DNA from: Mobula hypostoma
Taxonomy: Eukaryota
DNA length: 64,000 bases
Direction of reading: 5' to 3'
NCBI RefSeq assembly: GCF_963921235.1
Contig: NC_086107.1
Location: 98,022,001-98,086,000 of the forward strand
The translations under genes and the position numbers were made by a program. Positions 23,937 through 36,850 of the stretch are shown in pieces. Every line of letters begins with the position of its first letter. Position 1 is the first letter of the stretch. The notes under the pieces are model-generated. The model had not been told where the DNA came from. It saw only the letters and a list, made by a program, of their open reading frames with translations, and searched no databases.

Positions 23937-25152
23937 GGTTACAAACAGCAAAGTTCAGTTATTTCAAAGAATCAGTTGTACACCTAGAATTACAGAAGAC
24001 AAAAGTAACCAAAAGTGGAGAAAGGAAGTCACCTACATAGCTCATTTTCTGAGTGCAGGACATCCAGAGTTGTTACTAGTGTAATGGAGCAATGAAATAG
24101 TGATAAATCATGGTGCGAAGTGCCTGCCATCTTGTGGACTATACACAACATTGTCAATGCAATAGACTGCGAGTAATAAAACCAAATAAGGAAACACTTG
24201 GCAAGCAGGACATAGAAAATTAATATCCTGTATACAACACATTTTCACTTTTGTCATATATTGATCCATTGCATAATGTTTGATCATTATGTACATTTGG
24301 TTATCTGCCAGAAGTAAACTTCAGCTGCACAGGAACAATAAGAACAGGAACTGCTCGGGATGCTGTATAGGTCAGGCATTATCTGTAGAGATGTAGAGAA
24401 TTAACATATCAAGTCCATGACCCTTCCTCAGACCTGGAAAAGTGAAAAAGAAAATCAGCACATACTCTTTTACTCACATTCCACAATAGAGACCCATATC
24501 AGAATCAGTTTTATCATCACTCACATATGTCATGAAATTTGTTTTGTTTCTGTGGCCAGCACCACAGTGCAATACATAAAATTACTATAGTACTGTGCAA
24601 AAAAAAAATACACACACACACACACACACAAAACCACGATTCTGATGCAGGTCTCTATTGTAGACTGAGTGTGGGAGGGGAAATCATGGTGCCTGAGACT
24701 TTTGCACAGTACTGTATTGAGTTATAGAAATTGGGAAAGGTGCAGAGAAAGCGGGGAATATCGTCGATAGGATGGAAATCAAGGTTATTCAATTGATATA
24801 ACTGCTCTTTATGCCATTTAGGAGGGGGAAATAACTGTTTGTTCTTCACGGTTATCTGTTTGGAAAAGAGTAAATAGAAGAAAATGAATAAAAATAGAAG
24901 AGAGAAAAAAACATGCTGGAACATGTAATATAGAACACTACGCTTCTGGTAATGCAAAACAATTGAAAATCCATCAATTGTTAGGTAGCATCCGTGAACT
25001 CAGAAAAACTGAAGTTAATATTACAGGTGGATGACCTTACAGAACAGGTCAGATCTGATGCAAACAAGGAAAGTTGGTTATGTGAAATTATTGAATATTG
25101 AATTTTGAAAGTTCAAAGTAAAATTTATTATCAGAGTACATACATACATGTC

Positions 25153-25581
25153 ACATAGAAACATAGAAAATAGGTGCAGGAGTAGGCCATTCGGCCCTTT
25201 GAGCCTGCACCACCATTTATTATGATCATGGCTGATCATCCAACTTAGAACCCTGCACCAGCCTTCCCTCCATACCCCCTGATCCCCGTAGCCACAAGGG
25301 CCATATCTAACTCCCTCTTAAATATAGCCAATGAACTGGCCTCAACTGTTTCCTGTGGCAGAGAATTCCACAGATTCACCACTCTCTGTGTGAAGAAATT
25401 TTTCCTAATCTCAGTCCTAAAAGGCTTCCCCCTTATCCTCAAACTGTGACCCCTCATTCTGGACTTCCCCAACATCAGGAACAATCTTCCTGCATCTAGC
25501 CTGTCCAATCCCTTTAGGATTTTATGCGTTTCAATCAGATCCCCCCTCAATCTTCTAAATTCCAACGAGTACAAGCCTAGT
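25153..25581 (-). mobile_element. CR1 LINE 3' fragment
   Basis: YSLEFRRLRGDLIETHKIL...NFFTQRVVNLWNSLP; (catagaaa)2 tail. Confidence 0.9.
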
Positions 25582-25654
25582 TATACAACCCTGCGATTCA
25601 TTTGTAGCATGGCTGAATAGAAAATGAGATACTGTTTGTTGAGCTTATGCTGAG

Positions 25655-26880
25655 CTAAGGGTTGCCATTGATATCTCCTCTTTTCTATCAGTTAACCATT
25701 TGGTAATCTGTACCTGTGCATTTCTACTAATTCCCTGTCAGCAATGCTATCATTTTGCTATGAAACTGATAACTTCAGCAGCTGGATGAACAACCTGATG
25801 GGGTAAGGTTTCATCCTGTTGTGCTCTAAACTTGTTTGCAAATCCCCCATGTTGAATTGCATTGAAAAGCTTCTATAAATGTAAAGGCTTCAAGGAACCC
25901 ACCAAGGCTTCATAGTGAACCAAGTGAACATCGACAAAAACACACTGGGTGAAATATAATTTGAAATAAAACACTGGTGTGTGAAACGGGATGAGTTTTG
26001 GAGATAGTTTTGTTCAAAGAGACCAAATACTCACGGGTTACTGAAAGCCATCAAGTGCATGAAATGGAGGAAAGGTGAAGATAGATTGGGGAAACACACA
26101 GTGCCATTAAATGGAGGAGGTAGGTTTAGGATAGGGGAGGTTCAAATTTCGAAGTAAGCGAAGTAAATTTTATTATCAAAGGATATGTCTGTCACCATAT
26201 ACAGGTCGACCTTCACTAATCCGGCACCATTGGGACCTGAGGAGTGCCGCATTAGTGAAAATGCCGAATGACGGAAGGATCACATTAAACATAATCAGTG
26301 CCGGATTATCGAAGGAACCGGATTACAGGTAGTCGGATTAGTGAAGGTCGACCTGTATAACCCCAAGATTCATTTTTTTGCAGGCAGACTCTATAAATTC
26401 AACAACCAGAATGGAATTAATGAAAGACAGCACCAAAAGGGCAGACAAGCATGATGGCTTTGATTAAGTAACCTGTGAGTACTTGGTCTATTTGAACAAA
26501 ACCACTTTGAAAACTGTCCGCCCTGTTTCATGCTCCAGTGTCTTATTTCAACTTGTTTTTGTCGATGTTCATGTAGATATCTCCTTAAAGTTTTGGTGAG
26601 CTCCTTGAAGTCTTTCAGCTGAGAGGAGGTGGGTCTAGTACAACTAAGCCTTTACATTTATGGGTTTTCAATGCAATCCGATATTGAGAATTTGTCAATA
26701 GGGTTACAGCACCACAGAGAGGAACTTTACATCATGAGAGGTTGCACATCCCGCTGCTTAAGTTACCAGTTTCATGGCAAAATTCTAACATAGGTAACAG
26801 GGAATTAGTAGTTATGCACAGCTACAGATGATCAACTGGTTAGACTTTAGAAAAGATGGGATATAAAGGGATCCTTACAG
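25655..26880. repeat. Diverged ~400-bp inverted repeat with ~400-bp spacer
   Basis: 25655-26053 is the reverse complement of 26452-26880, with shared blocks ctactaattccctgt, atgaaactg.taactt, ttgcattgaaaa, ataaatgtaaaggctt, tgaacatcgacaaaaaca, aaagccatca. Confidence 0.85.
26202..26355. mobile_element. Tc1/mariner-superfamily (Tigger-like) MITE
   Basis: 22-bp perfect TIR caggtcgaccttcactaatccg; TA on both sides. Confidence 0.9.
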
Positions 26881-27379
26881 GCCGATTGGCTGTGACTAAC
26901 GGGGCACTACAAGGATAGGGCCTGGATTCCAAGAACCAACAATCTATATCGAGGGGGGTAAATGTCACACACTGTAGTCTGCTGATGATGCCAAACTGGA
27001 TATGGCAGTAAATGGGGAGGAGAATGTAAGGACGCATTAAGATGGCAGACCAGCTGAGTAAGAGGACGAGGACTCAATAGATGGAAAATAATGTGGAAAA
27101 AGAAGATGCCATCCACTCCGATATACGAAAGGTATTTCCCACAGCCCTAATTCCTCTACTCCCTTCTCAGTTCCCACTCCCCTCATCTTCCCCTCCTTTA
27201 TTTTCACCACCCTCATATTCTCCACGCCCCATCCCTACCCCTTTCTCTACTGAGGTAGTCATCTCATAGTTTCCCCGTGCCCCAATCACTATCTTATCTC
27301 TCCACCTCAATTCTAACCACTGCCTCCTCAACCTCTCTTCCTCCACTCCCCCGTCCTTTCAGTTCCCTCCCTATCTCAC

Positions 27380-27425
27380 CAACACAGACGGCGTCGTGCG
27401 GCGGGGAACAGCGCCTCAGCTGGCG
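27380..27425 (-). other. DMC1: Probable non-coding first exon of DMC1 (5' boundary approximate)
   Basis: GC-rich segment ending TTG|gtgaga (donor 27379-27375), directly downstream of three CCAAT boxes in the only clear CpG island upstream of the ATG exon. Confidence 0.55.
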
Positions 27426-27810
27426 GCGCGCTCATTGGTCGGTCCCGTCACGTGCTTTCGAGACCAAGGCGGGAGGCGCATTCATTGGTCGGTTCCGAGA
27501 CCAAGGCGGGAGGCGCGCTCATTGGTCGGTTCCGTCACGCGGCCTCGCTGCCAAGATGGCGGCGGCTGTGGGCACCGGAGAGCGGGAGTGGTTTGTCACG
27601 TGTGGTGGGCTGTGTGAGGACCCGCTCCGGATTTATTTTTATCCGTTTTACTCATGTTGTAAACTGAGAGCAGGGTTTGGTCAGTGTTAGGGCGCGGGTC
27701 GGGATGCCCTGAAGAATGGGAAATCGACGGGATAAAATCTTACCTCACCAGCTGAGGTTGCTGTCTGTTTCGATGGATAAAGCTAGCAGATTAGTTGCTA
27801 TCACAACTAC
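27385..27810. promoter_or_regulatory. CpG-island promoter upstream of DMC1, possibly bidirectional
   Basis: CpG-dense. CCAAT on minus strand at 27434, 27484, 27521; GGCGGGA at 27468, 27505; GTCACGTG at 27447, 27595; YY1-like CAAGATGGCGGC at 27552; RFX X-box-like GTTGCTATCACAAC at 27794. Confidence 0.8.
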
Positions 27811-28094
27811 AAAATCCACACCTATCGTTTCTTATGAATAAGAGTCGTTTGACTTCATCCATCCCGATTCCTAACTTTCAGAATCCGCACGTTGGCACCA
27901 ATAACGCTAGGTAGCAATCGGGTTCGATCACCCTTCCACTAAAGGTATTGCATATTTTCAAAGTAAGCCATCTTTCATAGTTTAGATTCGCTGGTGAGTT
28001 TAGATGTTGATTTTCAAGTCTTTAGGGATTCTCCGGAATGATATTTAGGATGCAGCGAATGTTTGTTAAGTGGTCAGTGACTGAATCTAGTGCT

Positions 28095-28930
28095 CAAAGT
28101 TCAAAGTAAATTTTATTATCAACGTATACATACACGTCTCAACATATACAGCCCTAAGATACATTTTTCTGTGGGCATACTCAACAAACCTATAGAATAG
28201 TAGCTATAACAAAATCAATGAACAACCCCCCAACTAGGCGATTGCATAAGACAACAGACCCTGCAAATGCAAAAAGAAGAAACAGTAATAAAAAATAATA
28301 AATATTGAAAACATGAGAAAGTGAGTCCATTGGTTGTGGGAGCATTCAGTGATGGGACAAGTGAGGCCTATTGGTTGAGGGGTAATAACTGTTCCTGAAC
28401 CTGGTGGTGCGAGTCCTGAGGCTCTTGTAACTTCTTCCTGATGGCAGCATCGAGAAGAGAGCATGACCTGGGTGGTGGGGATCCCTGATGATGGACGCTG
28501 CTTTCCTGCTACATTGGTTCATGTAGGTGTGCTCAATAATTGGGAGAGCTTACCAATGATAGACTGGGCCATATCTACTACTTTTTGTAGGATTTTCTGT
28601 TCAAGGGCATTAGTATTTCCATATCAGGCTGTGATACGGTTAATATACTCTCCACTACACATCTATAGAAGTTTGTTGAAGTTTTAGATGTCATGTCGAA
28701 TCTCCACAAACTCGGAAGTTCTCTGGGCGCAGGACACATCCTCTGAAATGATAACACCAAGGAATTTAAAGTTGCTGATCCCTTCCACCTTTGATCTCTG
28801 AAGAGGTCTGGTTTAAGGACCTCCAGTTTCCTTCTGAAATCTATAATCAGTTCCTTGGTCTTGCTGACGTTGAGTAAGAGGTTGTTGTTGTGACACCACT
28901 CAGCTAGATTTTCGATCTCCCTCCTATAAT
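28095..28930 (-). mobile_element. Rex1/Babar-type 3' fragment
   Basis: NFYRCVVESILT; tail aaagttcaaagtaaattttattatc. Confidence 0.75.
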
Positions 28931-29464
28931 CTGTGCTGTGCCAAGTTATAGATATGAAGTCCAGTTAATACAACTATTATTAAACTTACAGCTACCTTCA
29001 TGTGCTAGACTAGGTAACAACTAAAATCAACACCAACAACTGAAACATTAACTCTCCCCTCATAGATGCTGCCCGGCCTGCTGTGAGCATTTCCTGTATT
29101 TTCGGGTTTTATTTCTGTTTTCTGGTGTTTTGTTCTGGATTTTCAACAAGCATTTAATAAAATTAATCACACACACAAGTCAATTTGGACTTAAATTGTC
29201 CAAATTGAGAGATCTATATCTGAATCATGAGGACCAACCTAAAATAAATTTTATGTTCTAAAAGAAGTCTATGAAGAACTTGGAAGTTCCAACAACTGTC
29301 GAATAATCACAATGTGTGCATTCTTCCGTGTTGTCAAGATCATCTTAGAGTCATACAGCATGGAAGCAGGCCCTTTGATGCAACTCATTGATGTTGATCA
29401 TAATGCTCTCTATGTTAGTTCCATTTTTTGTCCCATATAAACCCCACTTAACCGCGTATTTATC

Positions 29465-30053
29465 ATTTTAATTCCACGTCCCATTCCCATTCTGATATGT
29501 CTATCCACGGCCTCCTCTACTGTAAAGAGGAAGCCACACTCAGGTTGGAGGAACAACACCGTATATTCTGTTTGGGTAGCCTCCAACCTGATGGCATCAA
29601 CATTGACTTCTCAAACTTCCGCTAATGCCCTACCTCCCCCTCGTATCCCATTGGTTATTTATTTACTCACATTCTTTCTCTCTCTCTCCTTTTTCTCCCT
29701 CTGTCCCTTTCACTATACCCCTTGCCCATCCTCTGGGTTTTTTCCCCCCTCCCCCTTTTCTTTCTCCCTAGGCTTCCTGTCCCATGATCCTCTCATATCC
29801 CTTTTGCCAATCAACTGTCCAGCTCTTGGCTCCATTCTTCTCCCTCCTGTCTTTGCATCATTTCGGATCTCCCCCTATTCCTCCCACTTTCAAATCTCTT
29901 ACTAGCTCTTCTTTCAGTTAGTCCTGACGAAGGGTCTCGGCCTGAAACATCAACTGTACCTCTTCCTAGAGATGCTGCCTGGCCTGCTGCGTTCACCAGC
30001 AAATTTTATGTGTGTTGCTTGAAATTCCAGCATCTGCAGATTTCCTTGTGTTT
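29465..30053 (+). mobile_element. Penelope-like 3' fragment
   Basis: Closely similar to 18370-18960 (end of ORF, 3' UTR, hammerhead, tail). Confidence 0.9.
29915..29956 (+). ncRNA. Degenerate hammerhead in Penelope 3' UTR
   Basis: CTGACGA...GAAACATCaactg; stems I and III are mutated. Confidence 0.55.
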
Positions 30054-30699
30054 GCGTGTTTACCACGATGCATTTTGAATGTTATTGTACCCACCCTAAC
30101 CAGTTCTTCTGCCAGCTCATTCCGTATGCACACCATCATCTGCATGAAGAAGTTGCCCCTCAGATCCCTTTTAAATCTTTCACCTTTTACCCTTCTCTGG
30201 AGAAAGAAAGACTGCCCGTCATGATATTATACATCTCTATAAGATCCCTCAATCTCCTGTCCTTCAAGGAATAACTTCCTAGCTTGTCCTATAACTCAGG
30301 TCCTCAAGTCCTGGCGGCATCCTTGTAAACCTCTGCATCCTTTCCAGTTTAATGATGTCTTTCTTATAAAGGGTGACCAAAACTCTATATAATGCTCTAA
30401 TTATTTGTTCATGGCAACTGAATATCACTAGTAATGCCAGCACCTTTTGTCCATTTTTAATTGCTGCTGAATTGACAAGGCATTGGGTATCTGTGGCCCA
30501 AGCACCCACCCAATGAGAGCTCAAAAAGAATGGAGAGGTGGTTGGTGCTAGGTGGAACACTTTGAAATATAAGAGACTGTAGATCTTCTAATCTGGAGCA
30601 ACACAAAAAGCTGAATGAACTCAGTGGGTTGGACAGCATCTAGAAAGAAATGGACGATTGATATAAGGGCTGAGATTGATATTAGGGATCATAATATCA

Positions 30700-32043
30700 T
30701 CCAGTAGCAGTCATATCTATGGTGATGAAATGCTTTGAGAGGTTAGTCATGGCTAGAATCAACTCCTGCCTTAGCAAGGACCTGGACCCACTACAATTTG
30801 CTTATCACCACAATAGATCTATGGCAGATGCAACCTCAATGGCTCTTCACACAGCCTTGGATCACCTGAACAATACAGACACCTATGTCAGGATGCTGTT
30901 CACTGACTATAGCTCAGCATTTAACACTATCATTCCTACAGTCCTGAGTGAGAAGCTACAAAACCTAGGCCACTGTACCTCCCCCTACAATTGGATCCTC
31001 AACTTCCTAACCGGAAGACCACAGTCTGTGTGGATTGGTAATAATATCTCCTCTTCGCTGACTATCAACCTTGGTGCACCTCAGGGATGTGTGCTTAGTT
31101 GACTTAGTTGTACTTAGTCTACTCCCCCTATACCCATTACTGTGTGGCTAGGTCTTGCTCAAATGCCATCTATAAATTTCCTGATGCTACTACCATAGTT
31201 GGCAGAATCTCAGATGGAGATGACAGGGTGTACAGGAGTGAGATATGCCAGCTAGTTGAGTGGCGTTGCAGCAACAAGCTCGCACTCAACGTCAGTAAGA
31301 CCAAAGAATTGATTGTGGACTTCTGAAGGGTAGGATGAGGGAACACCAACCAATCCTCATAGAGGGATCAGAAGTGGAGAGAGTGAGCAATTTCAAGTTC
31401 CTAGGTGTCAAGATCACTGAGGATCTAACCTGGTCCCAACATATTGATGCAACTATAAAGAAGGCAAGACAGCAGCCATATTTCATTAGGAGTTTGAGGA
31501 GATTTGGTTTGTCACCTAAAACACTCAAACTTCTCCACATGTACTGCGGAGAGCATTCTGACAGGCTGCATCACTGTCTGGTATGGGGGGGGGGGCGGCG
31601 TGTGCTACTGCACAGGATCGAAAGAAGCTACAGAGGTTCTAAATTAGACAGCTCCATCTTGGGTTCTAGACTCCATACTTCCATACTATCCAAGACATCT
31701 TCAAGGTGCAGTGCCTGAGAACGGCGGCATCCATTATTAAGGATCCCCCACCACTTAGGACATGCCCTTTTCTCATTGTTGCCACCAGGAAGGAGGTACA
31801 GGAGCCTGAAGGCACACACTCAATGATTCAGGAACAGCTTCTTCCCCTCTGCCATCCGATTCCTAAATAGATATTGACCCCATGAACACTACCTCACTTT
31901 ATTTTATTATCTCTGTGTTAGTATGCATATATTTTAATTGATTTACTAATTTATTTTTCTATATTATCATGTATGCATTGCTGTGCTGCTGCTAAGTTAA
32001 CAAATTTTTCAACATAAACCAGTGATATTAAACCTGATTCTGA
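30700..32043 (+). mobile_element. Rex1/Babar-type LINE, 5'-truncated
   Basis: MKCFERLV...DPLQFAY...DYSSAFNTI...GAPQGCVLS; tail aaacctgattctga. Confidence 0.9.
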
Positions 32044-33624
32044 GACCATTCATCTGAAGATCTCAACCTGAAATTGCCCTGTCCATTTCTAGGAGAACTT
32101 TGAGTGTCTCCTCAAAGCATATGTCTTTGACATGAATGCCTAGGACACCATCCACACTGATATGTTATCTATTACATCATGAGCTTCAATAGTTTTGATG
32201 TGGCTCTGCACTAAATGCCTTCTAGAAATCCAAGTAAATTATATTCATCACACCCTTTCCTTTATTCTCAGCATGTCATTTCTTCAATAAATTGCTCAAA
32301 CATTATTTCCCTTTCACAAAACCACAATGACTGCCTGAATACCTTGGATTTTTTTTTATTATTGTGCCTTGTTATAATGTGTTTAATAATAAGTATGTAG
32401 TATTTTCCTGTGATTCTACTGCATGTAGTTTTCAACTTCCTGTACCCTTCCTCTTGTGAATAAAAGTTACATTTAATCTTTTCTAATCTAATCTCCATTC
32501 AATTCAAAGCCACAAAGGTACAGTATTTATAAATTTCATTGAGAAGAACAGTTTAGTGTGCTGCCAATCAAATTAGAAGATAGGTAGTCTTGGATTTTAT
32601 TTTAGGGTATAGGCCTTGGCGAGTAGGAGGATTGTCAATGGAAAACCAATTTCATGCAAGTGATCATAATTCAGCTGGATTTAATATAGTTATGGAAAGA
32701 GGCCATAAGTTGAAGTTTACCATTAGACCTTTAAATTAGTATCATGGGTGGAAAGTCTGTTGAAGATGAAGTGCAACAGTGACATAGCCTAGCTTGGTAC
32801 CAGTCTACACAGAGATTTACTCTATTGTAAACTTGTCAATTAGGATTAAGGGCCAAGGTTTTCTCAACATCAGTAACTGAGCTGCAGTAAGCAGACAATG
32901 CTTGCACTTTTGAATGATAGGAGACTGAGTACCAAGTCATCAAAGCAGACAGGAGGATGGATCTTTTATGATCAGGGCAAAGTGTTTCTACCAAGTTGAA
33001 CCATTTTATCTCAAGAGCCACCTCTAAGCAAAGACAGCTATCAATCATGAAAGTCAGCATAGCTTTCAGTCGTTGACTAAGGAAAAGTGTTTTGAAGATC
33101 TGGACCTCAAACCTGCATAAAATATGCTGCCACCTCGGGTGCAGCAGGAATACACACCACCACAAACTGACCACCTGATCAGGTATCCACTGCTCCAACT
33201 TGGAAGAATTTGCACAGTAGACTCAAAAGGTACAGGACCATAAGAAAGTCATCCCTAATCCTAGGTATTGCCCAAGAACCCAAAGATAAATTAGAAGGTC
33301 CTAAATAGGAATGCAGCCAATTTTACTGGACTGGGATGTAATTGAGAAAAATTTGACTGGAAACAACTAAAATATTAAGATTGGTTTATCCTTGGGATTT
33401 AAGGAGATCAATATAATCATATTCTTCCAAACAAATTGTGTAGGGCCACTGAAATCAAGCTCACCTGATGACCAGGTGTATCGAGACTAGGATAAAGGGT
33501 AATTTTTTTTGTCATACACAGAATACTGCAGCAAAAAGTACAGACAAGAAAACGAGTGAAATTGAAAGGGAATTTAGGAAAACAAAGCACATATTCAGCA
33601 AAGAAAATCCAGAGGTGCTTTTAT

Positions 33625-33635
33625 TTATATATACA

Positions 33636-33678
<43 letters not shown>

Positions 33679-33732
33679 ATATATGTGTGTGTATGTATAT
33701 AGTATAGGTATAGTGTATATGCATGTGTATAT
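33625..33732. repeat. Compound (TA)/(TG) microsatellite
   Basis: Direct inspection. Confidence 0.9.
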
Positions 33733-33791
33733 TTAGGTTGATAATTATTGTGTGACTATCTGCAAGAAAGTAAATCTCAGGATTGTATAAT

Positions 33792-36203
33792 AACAAGGTT
33801 ATTGTGGTGGGAGATTTTAATTTCCCAAATATTGATTGGCATGTCCCTAAAGCGAGGGGTTTAGATGGGATGGAGTTTGTTAGGTGTGTTCTGGAAGGTT
33901 TTTTTGACACAATATGTAGATAAGCCTTCAAGAGGAGAGGCTGTACTTGATCTGGTATTGGGAAAGGAACCTGGGCAGGTGTCAGATCTCTCAGTAAGAG
34001 AGCATTTTGGAGATAGTGATCACGATTTGATCTCCTTTACAATAGCTTTGGAGAGGGATAGGAACAGCCAGGCTAGGAAAGTGTTTAATTGGAGTAAGGG
34101 GAAATATGAAGCTATCAGGCAGGAACTTGGAAGCATAAATTGGAAACAGATGTTGTCAGGGAAATGCACGGAAGAAATGTGGCAAGTGTTTGGGGGATAC
34201 TTGCATGGTGTTGTGCACAGATACATTCCAATGAGACAGGGAAAAGATGGTAGGGTACAGGAACCGTGATGTACCGTTTGTACAAAGGCTGTTGTAAATC
34301 TAGTCAAGAAAAGAAGAGCTTACAAAAGGTTCAAAGAACTAGGTAATGATAGAGATCTAGAAGATTATAAGGCTAGCAGGAAGGAGTTTAAGAATGAAAT
34401 TAGGAGAGCCAGAAAGGGCCATGAGAAGGCCTTGGTGGACAGGATTAAGGAAAACCCCAAGGCATTCTACAAGTATGTGAAGAGCAAGAGGATAAGACAT
34501 GAGAGAACAGGACCAATCAGTGGAAAAGTGTATGAAACCAGAGGAGACAGCAGAGGTACTTAATGAATACTTTGCTTCAGTATTCACTACGGAAAAGGAT
34601 CTTGGCGATCGTAAGGATGACTTACAGTGGACTGAAAAGCCTGAGTATGTAGATATTAAGGAAGAGGATGTGATGGAGCTTTTGAAAAGCTTCAAGTTGG
34701 ATAAGTCACCGGGACTGGACAAAATGTACCCCAGGCTACTGTGGGAGGTGAGGGAGGAGATTGCTGAGCCTCTGCCAATGATCTTTGCATCATTAATGGG
34801 GACAGGAGAGGTTCTGGAGGATTGGAGGGTTGCAGATGTTGTTCCCTCATTCAAGAGAGTAGAGATAGCCCAGGAAATTATAGACCAGTGAGTCTTACTT
34901 CAGTGGTTGGTAAGTTGAAGATCCTGAGAAGCAGGACTTATGAACATTTGGAGAGGCATAATATTGGGAATAGTCAGCATTTTTTGAGGATGTGACTAAA
35001 CACATTGATGAAAGTAGAGCAGTAGATGTAGTGTATATGGATTTAAGCAAGGCGTTTGAGAAGGTACCCCATGCAAGGCTTATTGAGAAAGTAAGGAGGC
35101 ATGGGATCCAAGGGGACATTGCTTTGTGGATCCAGAACTGGCTTGCCCACCATAGGCAAAGAGTGGTTGTAGATGGAGCATATTCTGCATTGAGGTCAGT
35201 GACTAGTGGTGTGCCTCAGGGACCTGTTCTGGGACCCCTACTCTTTATGAGTTTTATAAACGATCTGGATGAGGAAGTGGAGCGATGGGTCAGTAAATTT
35301 GCTGATGACACAGAGGTTGGGGGTGTTGTGGATAGTGTGGGTGCCTGTCAGAGGTTACAGCGGGACATCAATAGGATGCAAAACTGGGCTGAGAAGTGGC
35401 AGATGGAGTTCAACCCAGATAAGTGTGAGGTGGTTCATTTTGACAGGTCAAATATGATAGCAGAATATAGCATTAATGGTAAGACTCTCGGCAGTGTTGA
35501 GGATCAGAGGGATCTTGGGGTCCGAGTCCATAGGACACTCAAAGCTGCTGTGCAGGTTGATTGTGGTTAAAGCAGCATACGGTGCATTGGCCTTCATCAA
35601 TTGTGGGATTGAGTTTAAGAGCTGAGAGGTAATGTTGCAGCTGTATAGGACCCTGGTCAGACCCCACTTAGAGAACCCCACTCAGTTCTGGTTGCCTCAC
35701 TACAGGAAGGATGTGGAAACCATAGAAACGGGGTACAGAGGAGATTTACAAGGATGTTGCCTAGATTGGGGAGCATGCCTTATGAGAATAGGCTGAGTGA
35801 ACTTGGCCTTTTCTATTTGGAGCGATAGAGGATGAGAGATGACCTGATGGAGATGATGAGAGGCATTGATTGTGTGGATTGTCAGAGGCTTTTTCCCAGG
35901 GCTGAAATGGCTAGCACAAAAGGGCACTGTTTTAAGGTGCTTGGAAGTAGGTACAGAGGAGATATCAGGGGTAAGTTGTTTTTTTTTACACAGAGTGGTG
36001 AGTGTGTCAAATGGGCTGTTGGGTACAGTGGTGGAGGTGGATATGATTGGGTCTTTTAAGAGACTCCTGGTTAAGTGCATGAAGCTTAGAAAAATAGAGA
36101 GCTATGGGTAACCCTAGGTAATTTCTAAGGTAAGGCCAGGTTTGGCACAGCTTTGTGAGTCGAAGGGCCAGTATTGTGCTGTAGGTTGTTTCTATGTTTC
36201 TAC
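33792..36203 (+). mobile_element. CR1 LINE, 5'-truncated and decayed ORF2
   Basis: EN (LDLVL, GDSDH) and RT (YMDLSKAFEKVPH, GVPQG, KFADD) pieces; 3' end tttctatgtttcta. Confidence 0.93.
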
Positions 36204-36610
36204 ATGTACTTTGATAATAAACTTACTTTGAAATTCAGCAAACCCTGAGAATGACACCAGTATGTTGAAGGAGGACAAGTGAAGGTGTTTAAGGTGAGAT
36301 AGGGGAGAAACATGGTAAATGAAGAGTCAGAGATTTATTATCTTTACCAATGTACATATCACCAAGCCCAGATGAAATATATCCTAGGATGTTGAAAATG
36401 TGGGAGAAAATAGCAAAGTTTCTGAGGACATTGACTACAGGATTAGTACCCGTGGATAAGAGAATTGTTAATGTACAGTTGTTGGAAATAAAATGATCTA
36501 TCAAATTCTCACTAGTTTAAGCAGTGGTTGATATGATATTGCAATTCATTCAATAAGGAGAGCACAAATATTTAATTTAACTGGAATAGTCTGGCCTAGC
36601 TGACTATTAG

Positions 36611-36850
36611 TAACACTCAAAATGCTGGAAGAATTCAGCAGGTCAGGCAGCTTCCATGGAGAAGAATAAACAGTCGAAGTTTTGGGCACACCCTTCATCA
36701 GGACAGGAAGCAAAGGGGGAAGAAGACAGAATAAGAAGCTGAGGGAGAGGGGAAGGAGTACAATCTGGTGAAGGGAGGAACTTGGAGTTGCCCTAGTATT
36801 TTGAGTGTTACTCTGGATTTCCAGTACCTGTGGTATTTCTTGTATTTATG
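36611..36850. mobile_element. Older palindromic Penelope-tail element
   Basis: Inverted tails; degenerate TSD ctagctgactatta / ctagttgactgtta. Confidence 0.6.

Noticed and set aside
27425-27540. CRISPR-like repeat-spacer array
   Set aside because: Only three irregular units with repeated rather than unique spacers, in a vertebrate promoter.
27557-27690. MAAAVGTGE... as the start of TOMM22 or another coding gene
   Set aside because: Similarity ends after the first few residues; there is no acidic TOMM22 segment and no downstream plus-strand exons were found.
32800-33200. 120-aa minus-strand ORF as a gene
   Set aside because: No splice or homology support; the plus strand looks like a decayed RTE-type LINE remnant.
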